A stretch of 60,712 nucleotides of DNA, filler included, from 6 parts of 6 records of this genome joined end to end with filler, not necessarily neighbours in it, one strand, 5' to 3'; positions 1 through 9,867 are shown, counted from the whole stretch's first letter. Program-made: numbers and translations. The notes: a model not told the origin generated them from the sequence alone.

Positions 1-1707
1 CCCTTCGACATCATCCCCACGGGGGATGAGAAGATCTTCTCCAATATGTACTGGTACTACGGACAGATGGATATGAAGGCTGTAGCCCGCCTCAAGGACG
101 AGCCTAATGTCTACGTGACCTTTATCACCAACTTCTCCTGCGCCCCCGACTCTTTCATCCTCCACTATCTGAAGTGGATGATGGGGACCAAGCCCTTCCT
201 GATCCTGGAACTGGACTCCCACTCCGCCGACGCGGGAGTGGACACCCGTATAGAGGCCTTCCTGGATATCATAGAGGGCTACCGCTCCCGTCAGGGCGCG
301 GCAAAGGGAGAACGCTACGACAACGGCCTGCGCTTCATCAACAACGGCAGCGATCCCATCCACCTGAAGAACGAACTGACAGGAGAGACCATCCCCATCA
401 AGGACAATCCCAAGGTGCAGATGCTCCTCTCCAATATGGGAGACCTTTCCACCGCCATGATGGCCGCCATCGTGGGACACACGGGGGTACACGCAAGAAA
501 TCTTCCGGTCGCCGATTCCAAAACCCTGCAGCTCGCCCGCAGCCACGCCTCGGGCAAGGAGTGCGTACCCTCCCATCTGGTTCTGGGAAGCGCCCTGAAG
601 TTCATCAACTCCCCCGACTACAGGAAGGACGAGATCTACCTCCTCTTCGTCCCCATCACCACAGGCCCCTGCCGGACGGGGCAGTACTTCGTCTTCTACG
701 AGAACCTTTTCAAGGATATGAGGCTGGAGAATGTCATCGTCGTAACCATGAGCGCCGACAACTCCTACACCGAGCTGGGACCCGATTTCTCGCGCCATAT
801 GTGGCACGGCCTGGTCGTATCCGACTATATGAAGGACGTACAGACCTCCCTCCGGGCCTGCGCGGAAAATCCGGATGAGGCCCTGCGGACCTACAACCAT
901 CTCTGGCATGAGCTGACCGATGCGGTGGCGAAGGACTTCAACTCCCTCTACCCCACCCTGAAGAAGATCTCCGGAGAGATCGCCAGGATCCCCCTGAAGA
1001 AGACCATTCATGAGGTCCCCAGGGTACTGATCGTGGGAGAGATCTATGTCCGCCGGGACGACTTCGCCGTAGACGAGCTGGTCGACCTGATGAGCCGGAA
1101 GAACATCATCGCCAAGGTTTCGGGCATCTCCGAATGGATCCACTATCTGGACTTCGTCCGCGAGTACGATCTGAAGAAAAGGCTGAAACTCATGCCCTGG
1201 TACAAACGGGCCGGATCGAATGAGATGAAGAAGCTTATGCGCCTCTATCTGGAGATGGCATGGAAGCATGCGGTGGAACGGAAGGCGAAGCGGCAGCTCC
1301 GCTCCTGCGATCTTGTGCCTCATACCCCCCATGACATGAAGAAGATCATGAAAAACACGGTGGATAACTTCGTCAACCTCGAGCTGAACTCGGAGATAGC
1401 CATCTCCAGCGGCGTCGCCGCCACAGCCATGGAAGAGGGTTATTCGGGCATCGTCAACATCTCTCCCTTCGCCTGTCTGATCGGACGCGTGATAGAGGGA
1501 CTGATCACTCCCTGGGCCCGGGAAAAGAACTATCCCGTATTCTCCCTGGAAGTGGACGGCAATATACTGCCCCCCAACATCGTGAACAAGCTCAATATCT
1601 TTATGATGAATGTGCTGCGCTTCAAGGACGGCGCCGATGCGACGGACCTGATAGAGCAGAATGATGACGAGGCAGCGGCGATTGCCAGAGCCGCGGGAAA
1701 CGAGTAG
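1..1707 (+). CDS. C-terminal part of a large 2-hydroxyacyl-CoA dehydratase activase-related protein (DUF2229-type), 5' truncated
   Basis: Frame is open from base 1 (PFDIIPTGDEKIFSNMYW...). Cys motifs TNFSCAPDSF, KECVP, GPCRTGQY and PFACL plus LELDSHSADAGVDTRIEAFLD are typical of this family. Confidence 0.75.
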   Translation, partial: PFDIIPTGDEKIFSNMYWYYGQMDMKAVARLKDEPNVYVTFITNFSCAPDSFILHYLKWMMGTKPFLILELDSHSADAGVDTRIEAFLDIIEGYRSRQGAAKGERYDNGLRFINNGSDPIHLKNELTGETIPIKDNPKVQMLLSNMGDLSTAMMAAIVGHTGVHARNLPVADSKTLQLARSHASGKECVPSHLVLGSALKFINSPDYRKDEIYLLFVPITTGPCRTGQYFVFYENLFKDMRLENVIVVTMSADNSYTELGPDFSRHMWHGLVVSDYMKDVQTSLRACAENPDEALRTYNHLWHELTDAVAKDFNSLYPTLKKISGEIARIPLKKTIHEVPRVLIVGEIYVRRDDFAVDELVDLMSRKNIIAKVSGISEWIHYLDFVREYDLKKRLKLMPWYKRAGSNEMKKLMRLYLEMAWKHAVERKAKRQLRSCDLVPHTPHDMKKIMKNTVDNFVNLELNSEIAISSGVAATAMEEGYSGIVNISPFACLIGRVIEGLITPWAREKNYPVFSLEVDGNILPPNIVNKLNIFMMNVLRFKDGADATDLIEQNDDEAAAIARAAGNE

Positions 1708-1777
1708 GCCATTCGGCCCTATCCGAGGAAGAAACGTCAAGGCAATAGTTGGCGCCTTGACAGTACAGGAGAAAATC

Positions 1778-2212
1778 ATGCAGCCCGATGAAATAGATTG
1801 GAAGATCATAAACCTTCTCAGGGAGACCCATCAGAACAATAACGCCATAGCCAGGCAGCTGGGGATCTCGGAAGGAACGGTCCGTCAGAGACTGAAGAAG
1901 CTCAAGGACTCGAATATCATCAAGATCAAGGCCCTTATCAATCCGGAGGTTCTGGAGAACCAGCAGCTGGCGACGGTGGCGGTCAACGTCTCCGAGTCAT
2001 CCAAGCTGGAAGAGAAGGCGAAAGAGATCGCGTCCCTGCCCAACGTTCTGGATGTCTCCCTGACCACGGGACGCTACGATCTGTTCGTACAGGTACTGGT
2101 GGACTCCAACCACGGGCTGGTCCGCTTTCTGACCGAAGAGCTGCCCGCCGTGCGAGGGGTCAGCTCCACCGAGAGCTTCCTGATGCTCAAAAGCGTCAAC
2201 AAATACGTCTGA
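1778..2212 (+). CDS. Lrp/AsnC family transcriptional regulator
   Basis: AGGAGA RBS before ATG 1778. N-terminal HTH (DEIDWKIINLL...IARQLGISEGTVRQRLKKL) and C-terminal RAM domain (TTGRYDL). Confidence 0.9.
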   Translation: MQPDEIDWKIINLLRETHQNNNAIARQLGISEGTVRQRLKKLKDSNIIKIKALINPEVLENQQLATVAVNVSESSKLEEKAKEIASLPNVLDVSLTTGRYDLFVQVLVDSNHGLVRFLTEELPAVRGVSSTESFLMLKSVNKYV

Positions 2213-2301
2213 TCTCATAAGAATAGGAATGGTATGCTCACCGGGCTCGTGGTACAATGCCCGAACACCATTCCATTTTCATAGAAAAATAAAGGAATCA
2301 T

Positions 2302-3153
2302 ATGAAAAACAAAGTACTGGAAAAGAAGCAGCTTTCCGCAGACGTCTTCCGCATGAAGATCGAAGCCCCTCTTATCGCAGAGGAGCGGAAGGCCGGCCAA
2401 TTCCTCATCCTCCAGGTGGATAAGGAGTACGGAGAGCGGATCCCTTTGACCATCGCCAATGCCGATGCTGAAAAAGGGTATATCGAAATCATCTTTCAGG
2501 CCGTCGGCGCCACCACCAGAAAGCTCAGCCGGAAAGAGCCGGGAGACTTTGTCAGCGTCCTCGGCCCTCTGGGCCAGCCCACAGAAATCAAGAAGATGGA
2601 CCGCCCGGTCGTCTGCGTAGGCGGAGGTATCGGCGTCGCTCCCATGCACCCGATCGTCGAAGCCCATCACAAGGTCGGCAACAAGGTCATCACCATCATG
2701 GGCGCCCGGAACAAGGACCTCCTGATCATGGAAGAGGAGATGAAAGCCCTCTCGGACGAACTTATTATCTGTACCGACGATGGTTCCTATGGACGAAAGG
2801 ATTTGGTTACCGCTCCCCTGAAGGAGCTCTGCGAATCCGATACGCCTCCCGCCGAGGTCGTGGCTATCGGTCCTCCCATTATGATGAAGTTCTGCTGCGA
2901 GACCACCAGGCCCTTTGATGTGCATACGGTCGTCTCCCTGAATACCATTATGGTCGACGGAACGGGTATGTGCGGCGGCTGCCGTGTGTCAGTAGGCGGC
3001 GAGACCAAATTCGTCTGTGTTGACGGACCCGAATTCGACGGCCATAAGGTGGACTTTGAAAATATGATGCTCCGCCAGAAGGCCTATACGGATCACGAGA
3101 AGCACCGCTGCAACCTGGATGTCCAGGCCGAAAAACTGGAGGCTCAGCTATAA
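2302..3153 (+). CDS. nfnA: NfnA-like FAD/[2Fe-2S] subunit of NADH-dependent ferredoxin:NADP oxidoreductase
   Basis: Motifs GERIPLTI, VGGGIGVAP, TDDGSYG and DGTGMCGGCRV...CVDGPEF. Coupled (TAATG) to an NfnB/GltD-like gene. Confidence 0.85.
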   Translation: MKNKVLEKKQLSADVFRMKIEAPLIAEERKAGQFLILQVDKEYGERIPLTIANADAEKGYIEIIFQAVGATTRKLSRKEPGDFVSVLGPLGQPTEIKKMDRPVVCVGGGIGVAPMHPIVEAHHKVGNKVITIMGARNKDLLIMEEEMKALSDELIICTDDGSYGRKDLVTAPLKELCESDTPPAEVVAIGPPIMMKFCCETTRPFDVHTVVSLNTIMVDGTGMCGGCRVSVGGETKFVCVDGPEFDGHKVDFENMMLRQKAYTDHEKHRCNLDVQAEKLEAQL

Positions 3154-4646
3154 TGAGTGAATTCAAAACACCCGAAACCCTGAACAGCGAAGCCGTCGCC
3201 CTCTGGAGTGATCTGAAGGGAAAAGAGCTGAGCGCCAAAGACAGAAGAAACATCCCCCAGCAGGATATGCCCAGTCAGGATCCCTCGGTCCGGCGGGCCA
3301 ATATGGAAGAGGTGGCCCTGGGCTATACGGAGGCCCAGGTCTTCGTGGAGTCGGCGCGCTGTCTCCAGTGTAAGAACGCCCCCTGTATCGACGGCTGTCC
3401 CGTCAGCATCAATATCCCCGGATTTTTAAAGAAAGCCGGAGAGGGCGAGTTCGGCGAGGCCATAGATATCATCAAGGAGAGCAGCATGCTCCCCGCCATC
3501 TGCGGCCGCGTCTGTCCCCAGGAAAAGCAGTGCATGGAACTCTGTACCCTGGGCAAGATTTTCAAGGATCCCGAAAAGGCCGTGGCCATCGGCAGAGTCG
3601 AGCGCTATCTGGCAGACTGGGAGAGAGAGAACCGTCCCGAAACGAAGATTGAAATTCCCGCACCCACCGGACGCAAGGTGGCCATTGTGGGAAGCGGCCC
3701 CTCCGGACTCACGGCGGCGGCGGACCTGCGCAAGGCCGGGCATGAGGTGACCATCTTCGAGGCCTTCCACAAGCCCGGCGGCGTGACGGTCTACGGCATC
3801 CCCGAATTCCGTCTTCCCAAATCCATCGTTGAGCAGGAAGTGGAAGGGTTGATGAAGATGGGCGTCACCGTGGAGAGAAACTTCCTGGTGGGCCGGACCC
3901 GCAAGCTGATGGACCTGATGGAGAAGGACGGATTCGACGCGGTCTATATCGCCTCGGGCGCCGGCCTTCCCAAGTTCATGCATATCGAAGGGGAGAATCT
4001 GGTCGGGGTATTCTCGGCCAACGAGTTCCTGACCCGGAGCAACCTGATGAAGGCTTACGACGGTCAGAACGCCGAAACCCCCATCTACAAGTCTGAGAAC
4101 GTCGCGGTATTCGGAGGCGGAAACGTCGCCATGGACGCGGCCAGAACGGCCGTGCGCAACGGCGCCGAAAAGGTTCATATCATCTACCGGAGAACGGAAA
4201 AGGAGATGCCCGCCCGTGTGGAGGAGGTGCATCACGCCAAAGAGGAAGGGGTGATTTTCGACCTCCTCACCAATCCCGTCCGCATCATCGGCGATGAGAA
4301 CGGCAGGGTAAAGGCCATCGAATGCCTGAAGTACGAGCTGGGCGAGCCAGATGACTCGGGCCGCCGCCGGCCCGTTCCCATCGAGGGCAGCGAATTCATG
4401 ATCGAGGTGGAGACCTGTATCCCCGCCCTCGGGAACTCCTCCAACCCCCTGATCAAGCAGACCACTCCGGGGCTGGAGTTCACCGAATGGGGAACCATCA
4501 AGGTGGACGAAAGACAGAAAACTTCCCTGGACCGCGTCTACGCCGGAGGAGATATCTCCCAGGGCGCGGCCACGGTTATACTGGCCATGGGCGACGGCCG
4601 CCGGGCGGCCGCCTCCATCAACGAGGATCTGGCCAAGCTGGGCTAG
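3153..4646 (+). CDS. nfnB: NfnB-like subunit (GltD/SudA family flavo-iron-sulfur protein)
   Basis: Fe-S motifs RCLQCKNAPCIDGCP and CGRVCPQEKQC, GSGPSG FAD site, YGIPEFRLPK, GGGNVAMD and YRR NADPH site. No gltB nearby. Confidence 0.85.
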   Translation: MSEFKTPETLNSEAVALWSDLKGKELSAKDRRNIPQQDMPSQDPSVRRANMEEVALGYTEAQVFVESARCLQCKNAPCIDGCPVSINIPGFLKKAGEGEFGEAIDIIKESSMLPAICGRVCPQEKQCMELCTLGKIFKDPEKAVAIGRVERYLADWERENRPETKIEIPAPTGRKVAIVGSGPSGLTAAADLRKAGHEVTIFEAFHKPGGVTVYGIPEFRLPKSIVEQEVEGLMKMGVTVERNFLVGRTRKLMDLMEKDGFDAVYIASGAGLPKFMHIEGENLVGVFSANEFLTRSNLMKAYDGQNAETPIYKSENVAVFGGGNVAMDAARTAVRNGAEKVHIIYRRTEKEMPARVEEVHHAKEEGVIFDLLTNPVRIIGDENGRVKAIECLKYELGEPDDSGRRRPVPIEGSEFMIEVETCIPALGNSSNPLIKQTTPGLEFTEWGTIKVDERQKTSLDRVYAGGDISQGAATVILAMGDGRRAAASINEDLAKLG

Positions 4647-4668
4647 TGTCTCTATAGCTTAAAATAAC

Positions 4669-4722
4669 AAGGCCCGCGGTTTCATCTGGATTATCCCAGT
4701 ATTCACCGCGGGCCTTTTCTTT
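4669..4722. terminator. Probable terminator hairpin between convergent nfnB and hisE
   Basis: AAGGCCCGCGGT...ACCGCGGGCCTT followed by TTCTTT. Confidence 0.7.
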
Positions 4723-4764
4723 GTCCCTTCAAACCGCCCGTAAATCAGGACGAAACAGGCTGAT

Positions 4765-5343
4765 CTAATCGTCCCTCTTCTTCAGCTCCGCCAGCACATC
4801 GGCCATGGACAATCCCTCGGCCTCCAGCAGCACCATCATATGGTAGATAAGATCGGCAGACTCGTAGACATAGTCCTCCTTCTTCTCCGCCAGAACCAGC
4901 TCGATGGCCTCCTCGCCGCACTTCTTCTTGATCTTTCCCGTTCCCTTCTCAAAGAGATGGGTGGTATAGGATCCCTCGGGCATATCCTTGTGCCTTTTCC
5001 GAATCGTCTCCGTCAGGGCCGCCAGGATCTCCGCATCGAAGTCCTCCGCGCCGTCACCCAGCGCTTCATGCGCCTCCGCGTCCCCTTCTTCCATCAGGTC
5101 GGCATAGGGCTCACCGCCCGCCCCTTCGGGCATGAGGGCGTAGTAGCTGTTACCCCGCTTTTCCAGGCTAACGAAGCGTCCGTCCCCCGCATGGGGGAGG
5201 ATGCGTCCGGTCCGGGGATGGGTCAGCCAGAGGTCTCCCTGTTCGCGGCTCTTGGAGAATCCCTTCTCATCCATCAATGCGGCGCTTAGGACTGCGCCCT
5301 TCTCCTGCTTCATGATCAGGGGCAATACGGTCATTCGGCTCAC
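4765..5343 (-). CDS. hisE: Phosphoribosyl-ATP pyrophosphatase with a degenerate HisI-like N-terminal region
   Basis: C-terminal PEGSYTTHLFEKG...KKCGEEAIE...YESADLIYH is HisE. Overlaps the hisA stop. Confidence 0.85.
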   Translation of the reverse strand: MSRMTVLPLIMKQEKGAVLSAALMDEKGFSKSREQGDLWLTHPRTGRILPHAGDGRFVSLEKRGNSYYALMPEGAGGEPYADLMEEGDAEAHEALGDGAEDFDAEILAALTETIRKRHKDMPEGSYTTHLFEKGTGKIKKKCGEEAIELVLAEKKEDYVYESADLIYHMMVLLEAEGLSMADVLAELKKRDD

Positions 5344-6086
5344 CAGGCGGCCTCCTCGTTCTCTTTCTGATAGTCTTCTATGGCCTTCACCAGGTCGATC
5401 CGTCCCTCGTAGTACGCCTTACCGGTGATCACCCCCTTAACTAGATCGTCCCCCTGTTCGCATACGGTCTTCAGATCGTCCTGAGAGCTGATCCCTCCCG
5501 ACAGGGTGATCACCAGTCCCGACTCACGGGCCATGCGGTTCGTGTTCTCCAGATCAGGCCCGGCCAGGGTGCCGTCTCTGTCAATGTTGGTGTAGATGAT
5601 GTTCTCGATGCCCATCCCTGCGCAGTCCTTCGCCAGGTCGCTGTCCTTCAGGGCCGTTCCCTTCTCCCAGCCCGAGACCTTCACCTCTCCGTCCAGGGCG
5701 TCGATTCCGGCGATGAAGACGGGACCGAAGGACTGGATCCAGGCGGCCACCTTCTCGGGCTCGCGGGCCAGGACCGTGCCGACGATCAGCTTGTCCACAC
5801 CGATCTCCAGCAGCTCCCGGACATCCTCCTCGCTGCGGACGCCTCCGCCCAGTTCCAGAACGCCCTTGAAAACAGAACGTATCTTCCGTACCGCATCCCG
5901 GTTGTTCTTTCCTTCTCCCCGGGCGGCGTCCAGGTCCACCAGATGGAGCCTTTTCACTCCCATTTCCTCAAAGGCATGGGCCGCTTTTGCGGGATCCCTT
6001 TCATAGGAGGTGACTTCGTTGTAGTCCCCCTTGGTGAGGCGGACGCACTCTCCTCCCAGAAGATCGATTGCGGGTATGATAACCAT
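5340..6086 (-). CDS. hisA: ProFAR isomerase HisA
   Basis: IIPAIDLLGGECVRL, LHLVDLDAA, LGGGVR, YTNIDRDGTLAGPD, SGGI. Confidence 0.95.
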   Translation of the reverse strand: MVIIPAIDLLGGECVRLTKGDYNEVTSYERDPAKAAHAFEEMGVKRLHLVDLDAARGEGKNNRDAVRKIRSVFKGVLELGGGVRSEEDVRELLEIGVDKLIVGTVLAREPEKVAAWIQSFGPVFIAGIDALDGEVKVSGWEKGTALKDSDLAKDCAGMGIENIIYTNIDRDGTLAGPDLENTNRMARESGLVITLSGGISSQDDLKTVCEQGDDLVKGVITGKAYYEGRIDLVKAIEDYQKENEEAAW

Positions 6087-6089
6087 CTA

Positions 6090-7097
6090 TTATTCCTCTC
6101 TTAAGATTTTCCAGTTGAATGTCTCTCCGGCCCCCAGGGGAACGGCTCCGCCGATCAGTTCGGGCATGATCCAGGATCTCTTCTCCAGGGTGATGCTGTC
6201 CCTGTTCAGGGGCAGACCGTAATACTGAGCGCCCTTCTCGCTGACAAAGGCCTCCAGCCTGTCCAGGGCCCCCTCCCGTTCGAAGAGCTCAGCCAGCAGC
6301 GGCAGGGCGCAGGGCGATGTGAACACGCCTGCAGCACAGACGGGGCCCTCCTTCTTCTCCCTGGGATGGGGAGCGCTGTCCGAACCGAAGAAGAGCTTGG
6401 GATGGCCCGAGCAGACCGCGGCGACCAGAGCCCTGCGGTCCGCCTCCCCCTTTACCACGGGCTTGCAGAAGAGGTGGGGCCTCATGCCCCCGCCTATAAG
6501 ATCCTCGATGGAGTAGAGCAGATGATGCACTGTGACAGTGGCGGCGATATGGTCGGGCGTATCACTAATAAAGCTCAAGCCGTCCGCCGTCGAGATATGC
6601 TCCAGGACGATCTTCAGCCGGGGAAAGTCCCGGATAAGGGCCTCAAGCTCCCTGAGGTAAACGGTCTCCCGTTCCAGAATCGGGGCCTCAGGATCCTCAC
6701 CGTGAATGCTGAGGACGATCCCTTCTTCCTCCATTGCCGCCAGGACGTCCCTGATATCGCCGTAATGGCCGATACCGTCCTCCGCATTGGTGGTGGCGCC
6801 GGCGGGATAGAGCTTTCCGATCAGAGCGCCGGCCTTCTTCATCTCGGGGATAACAGCGGGGGGCATATCCGGCAGGAGCTTAAAGCTCATTAGCGCCTCA
6901 AAGCCGGGCGCTTCCCTCTCGATTGCTGATTTATAGGCGGCCATACCGGGAGGATCCGCTACGGGGGGGAGTGTATTGGGCATAACCAGGGCCCGGGCGA
7001 AACCCTCTGCGGTGGCCCGGACGAACTCCCCCAGGGGAGCGCCCTGCCTCAGATGCAGATGAAAATCATCGGGTTTCCGGATAAGCAGTTGTTCCAT
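6090..7097 (-). CDS. pyrC: Dihydroorotase (homodimeric E. coli type)
   Basis: PDDFHLHLRQ, MPNTLPP, KLYPAGATTN, IHGE, LEHIST, FCKP, GSDSAPH. Confidence 0.92.
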   Translation of the reverse strand: MEQLLIRKPDDFHLHLRQGAPLGEFVRATAEGFARALVMPNTLPPVADPPGMAAYKSAIEREAPGFEALMSFKLLPDMPPAVIPEMKKAGALIGKLYPAGATTNAEDGIGHYGDIRDVLAAMEEEGIVLSIHGEDPEAPILERETVYLRELEALIRDFPRLKIVLEHISTADGLSFISDTPDHIAATVTVHHLLYSIEDLIGGGMRPHLFCKPVVKGEADRRALVAAVCSGHPKLFFGSDSAPHPREKKEGPVCAAGVFTSPCALPLLAELFEREGALDRLEAFVSEKGAQYYGLPLNRDSITLEKRSWIMPELIGGAVPLGAGETFNWKILREE

Positions 7098-7115
7098 ATT
7101 CTACTCCTGTGTCCT

Positions 7116-7140
7116 ACCGAAGCTCCGCTGGAGCTTCGGT
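7116..7140. repeat. Perfect 11-bp stem hairpin just upstream of pyrC
   Basis: ACCGAAGCTCC-GCT-GGAGCTTCGGT, with no adjacent U-tract. Confidence 0.6.
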
Positions 7141-7193
7141 GAGTTTCACTCATAAGGCCGAAGGGCCTGGTTTTCAGCTTGCAGGCTCCGGTA

Positions 7194-8255
7194 TCAGGAC
7201 TCTTCAGCAGTGCTTGTCAGCTCCGCTGAGCCGTCCCCAGAGACATCACCTGTTTCATCGGCGATGCCATCCTCCGGACCATCCTCAGGGATCTCCCAGA
7301 CGGTCTCGCCTTTCCGGTTGATATACATCATACGTCCCTCTCTGACCACTAGGGCCAGTTCGCCTCTGAAGTCCTCTCCATTATCATAGAGGGCCTCGAT
7401 TACGAGTTCCCCTTTGTTATCGATATAGCCCATGGCGCCGTCCGTTTCCACACGGGCCAGCCCCTCATGAAAATCTCCGGCAAATCTGTAGGCCGCCTCT
7501 ATGACGACCTCTCCCCGGAGGTTGATATAGCCTGCCTTCTCGTCCTCCAGATAGAGGGCGAGTTCCTCTGAAAAGTCGGAGGAATAGTGGTAGCGATGGG
7601 GAATCGCCAGGTCGCCGCTGCGATCGATGTAGCCCCCCGCGCCATCGGTGACGACCAGGGCCAGTCCATCAGAGAAGTCGGACGCGTATTCATAGATGGG
7701 GGGAATGATCTCCCTGCCCGACTTATCTATGAAACCGGTATGCCCCTCCTTGAGGACAAGGGCCCGCCCCTGGCTGAAGTTTCCCATATACTCGTAGGGA
7801 AGCTCCTTGCGGACCTCCCCTTTTTTGTCTATCAGCAGGGTCTTGCCCTCTGTCGTGTAAACGGGACAGAGCCCCTCGGCAAAACTGCCGCCTCGCCGGT
7901 AGGCCGGAGGGATAACCGTCTCCCCGTCCCTGTTGACATATCCTACCAGTCCCTCCCTGACGATCAGGGCCAGGCCGTCGCTGAAGGGGAGAGCCGACTC
8001 ATATCCGCCCTCTCCGATCTTGTTTCCCTCGGTATCGATAAAGAAAAGGCTGTCATCCCTGAGCACCAGGGCCCTGCCCTCAGAGAAATCATCGCCCCGA
8101 TCGAACTCGGCCTCAATGCGGACCTCTCCTGCGGCATCGATGTATCCGACCTTATCCCCCTCGGTCACAGGGTAGAGCTCTCCTTCGGAACAGGAGCTTA
8201 AAAGCACAAAACACGCCAGAAGCGAGGGAACAAGAAATTTCATGAATGTCCTCAA
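7194..8255 (-). CDS. WG (KWG) repeat lipoprotein
   Basis: Lipobox-like LLSSC. About 8 repeats of GYID..G..I...Y....FSEGLALV and an acidic tail. Confidence 0.85.
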   Translation of the reverse strand: MRTFMKFLVPSLLACFVLLSSCSEGELYPVTEGDKVGYIDAAGEVRIEAEFDRGDDFSEGRALVLRDDSLFFIDTEGNKIGEGGYESALPFSDGLALIVREGLVGYVNRDGETVIPPAYRRGGSFAEGLCPVYTTEGKTLLIDKKGEVRKELPYEYMGNFSQGRALVLKEGHTGFIDKSGREIIPPIYEYASDFSDGLALVVTDGAGGYIDRSGDLAIPHRYHYSSDFSEELALYLEDEKAGYINLRGEVVIEAAYRFAGDFHEGLARVETDGAMGYIDNKGELVIEALYDNGEDFRGELALVVREGRMMYINRKGETVWEIPEDGPEDGIADETGDVSGDGSAELTSTAEES

Positions 8256-8416
8256 TGAAGCAGGGAATTTTCGATATTGTATCGGATAATTGGGGAGATT
8301 GAAATAGAGTCGAGAAGCCTCGGCCTCCTATTCCCAATGAATCGGATATATCCTAAAATGGTGTTCTGCAACATCACCGGAATATTGAACCCGCCCCGGG
8401 GAACAGGAGAGATGCC

Positions 8417-8614
8417 ATGACCCGATATGAGAGCATCCGTTATATTCATCTACGGGCAGAGGAATGCGGCTATCCGAGCGACCGGCTCGAACTGGTCCGC
8501 AGCGAACTTGAGACTCTGCAGGAAGATGAGCTGGAACATCTCAAAAGAATTTCCGAACCGGTCTTCAGAACCTGGTGCACCCAACTCGGCAGGAATGAGG
8601 AAAAACAATCATGA
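8417..8614 (+). CDS. Small hypothetical protein coupled to lysA
   Basis: AGGAGA RBS. Its stop overlaps the lysA start (ATGA). Helical, charged 65-aa product. Confidence 0.55.
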   Translation: MTRYESIRYIHLRAEECGYPSDRLELVRSELETLQEDELEHLKRISEPVFRTWCTQLGRNEEKQS

Positions 8615-9867
8615 GTCAGAAAACGATACCCTTCGGCAAAGACGATCTGGACAGGATCTGTCAGGACCATCCCACACCCTTTCATATTTATGACAAAGAA
8701 GCCATCCTGGAGAACGGAAAGAAGATGATGGACGCCTTCTCATGGGTTCCCGGAGGTTTCCGTAACTATTTCGCCGTCAAGGCCCTGCCCAATCCCCATA
8801 TCCTGAAGATGCTGAAAGGCCTGGGAATGGGTGCCGACTGTTCCTCCCTTCCCGAACTGCTTCTGGCCGACAAGGTGGGACTGAAGGGCGAGGAGATCAT
8901 GTTCACCTCCAATGACACGCCCATGGAGGAGTATGAGAAGGCCCTGGAACTGGGTGCGATCATAAACCTTGACGACTATACCCACCTGGATTTCCTTCAT
9001 GAAGGTCCCGGGCTGCCCGAGCTGATCTGTTTCCGCTACAATCCGGGGCCCCTGAAAGAGGGGAATGTCCTTATCGGTTCGCCCGAGGAGGCCAAATACG
9101 GTTTTACGAGGGAGCATCTGAAGGAAGGCTACAAGAAGGCCGCCCAGTGGGGCGTGAAGCGCTTCGGCCTCCATACCATGGTGGCCTCCAATGAACTGGA
9201 TCCCGCCTATTTTGTGGAAACCGCTCAGATCCTTCTGGACCTGGTGAAAGAGATTCAGGAAGAGACGGGGATAAATTTCGAGTTTATCAACCTGGGCGGA
9301 GGCGTGGGCATTCCCTATAAGCCCGAGGACAAGCCCGTAGACATAGACTTCGTCTCCCGGGGAGTGAATGAGGCCTACCAGAAGACCCTCGCGGGCAGCC
9401 CTCTGGAAGGCAGGCTCAGGATCCTTATGGAGTGCGGACGGGTCATCACCGGTCCCTACGGCTATCTGGTGACGAAAGCCATTCATAAGAAGGATATCTA
9501 TAAAAACTATATCGGGGTAGACGCCTGTATGGCCGACCTTATGCGCCCCGGCCTCTACGGAGCCTACCACCATATCACCGTTCCCGGCAAAGAGAACGCC
9601 CCTCTGGACAAAACCTACGACGTGGCCGGCTCTCTGTGTGAAAACAATGATAAATTCGCCATAGACAGAAAGCTGCCCGCTATCGAGACGGGCGACTATG
9701 TGATCATCCACGATACGGGAGCCCACGGCCATGCCATGGGTTTCAACTACAACGGCAAGCTCAGACACGCCGAACTCCTGATGGAAAAGGACAAATCGGT
9801 CCGGGAAATCAGAAGACGGGAAACCGTGGAGGACCTCTTCGCCACCCTGGATTTCTCGGAACTGTAA
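8611..9867 (+). CDS. lysA: Diaminopimelate decarboxylase
   Basis: PTPFHIYD, FAVKALPNP (PLP lysine), AKYG, INLGGGVG, ECGR, GSLCENND, GAHGHAMGFNYNG. Confidence 0.9.
   Translation: MSQKTIPFGKDDLDRICQDHPTPFHIYDKEAILENGKKMMDAFSWVPGGFRNYFAVKALPNPHILKMLKGLGMGADCSSLPELLLADKVGLKGEEIMFTSNDTPMEEYEKALELGAIINLDDYTHLDFLHEGPGLPELICFRYNPGPLKEGNVLIGSPEEAKYGFTREHLKEGYKKAAQWGVKRFGLHTMVASNELDPAYFVETAQILLDLVKEIQEETGINFEFINLGGGVGIPYKPEDKPVDIDFVSRGVNEAYQKTLAGSPLEGRLRILMECGRVITGPYGYLVTKAIHKKDIYKNYIGVDACMADLMRPGLYGAYHHITVPGKENAPLDKTYDVAGSLCENNDKFAIDRKLPAIETGDYVIIHDTGAHGHAMGFNYNGKLRHAELLMEKDKSVREIRRRETVEDLFATLDFSEL

Noticed and set aside
1661-1777. Longer N-terminus for the Lrp regulator
   Set aside because: Overlaps the upstream gene. 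The RBS and domain start support ATG 1778.
3153-4646. Glutamate synthase small subunit gltD
   Set aside because: No gltB partner. Coupling to an NfnA-like gene favours NfnB.
8256-8416. Possible lysine riboswitch upstream of lysA
   Set aside because: Weak hairpins only, with no recognisable L-box conserved elements.
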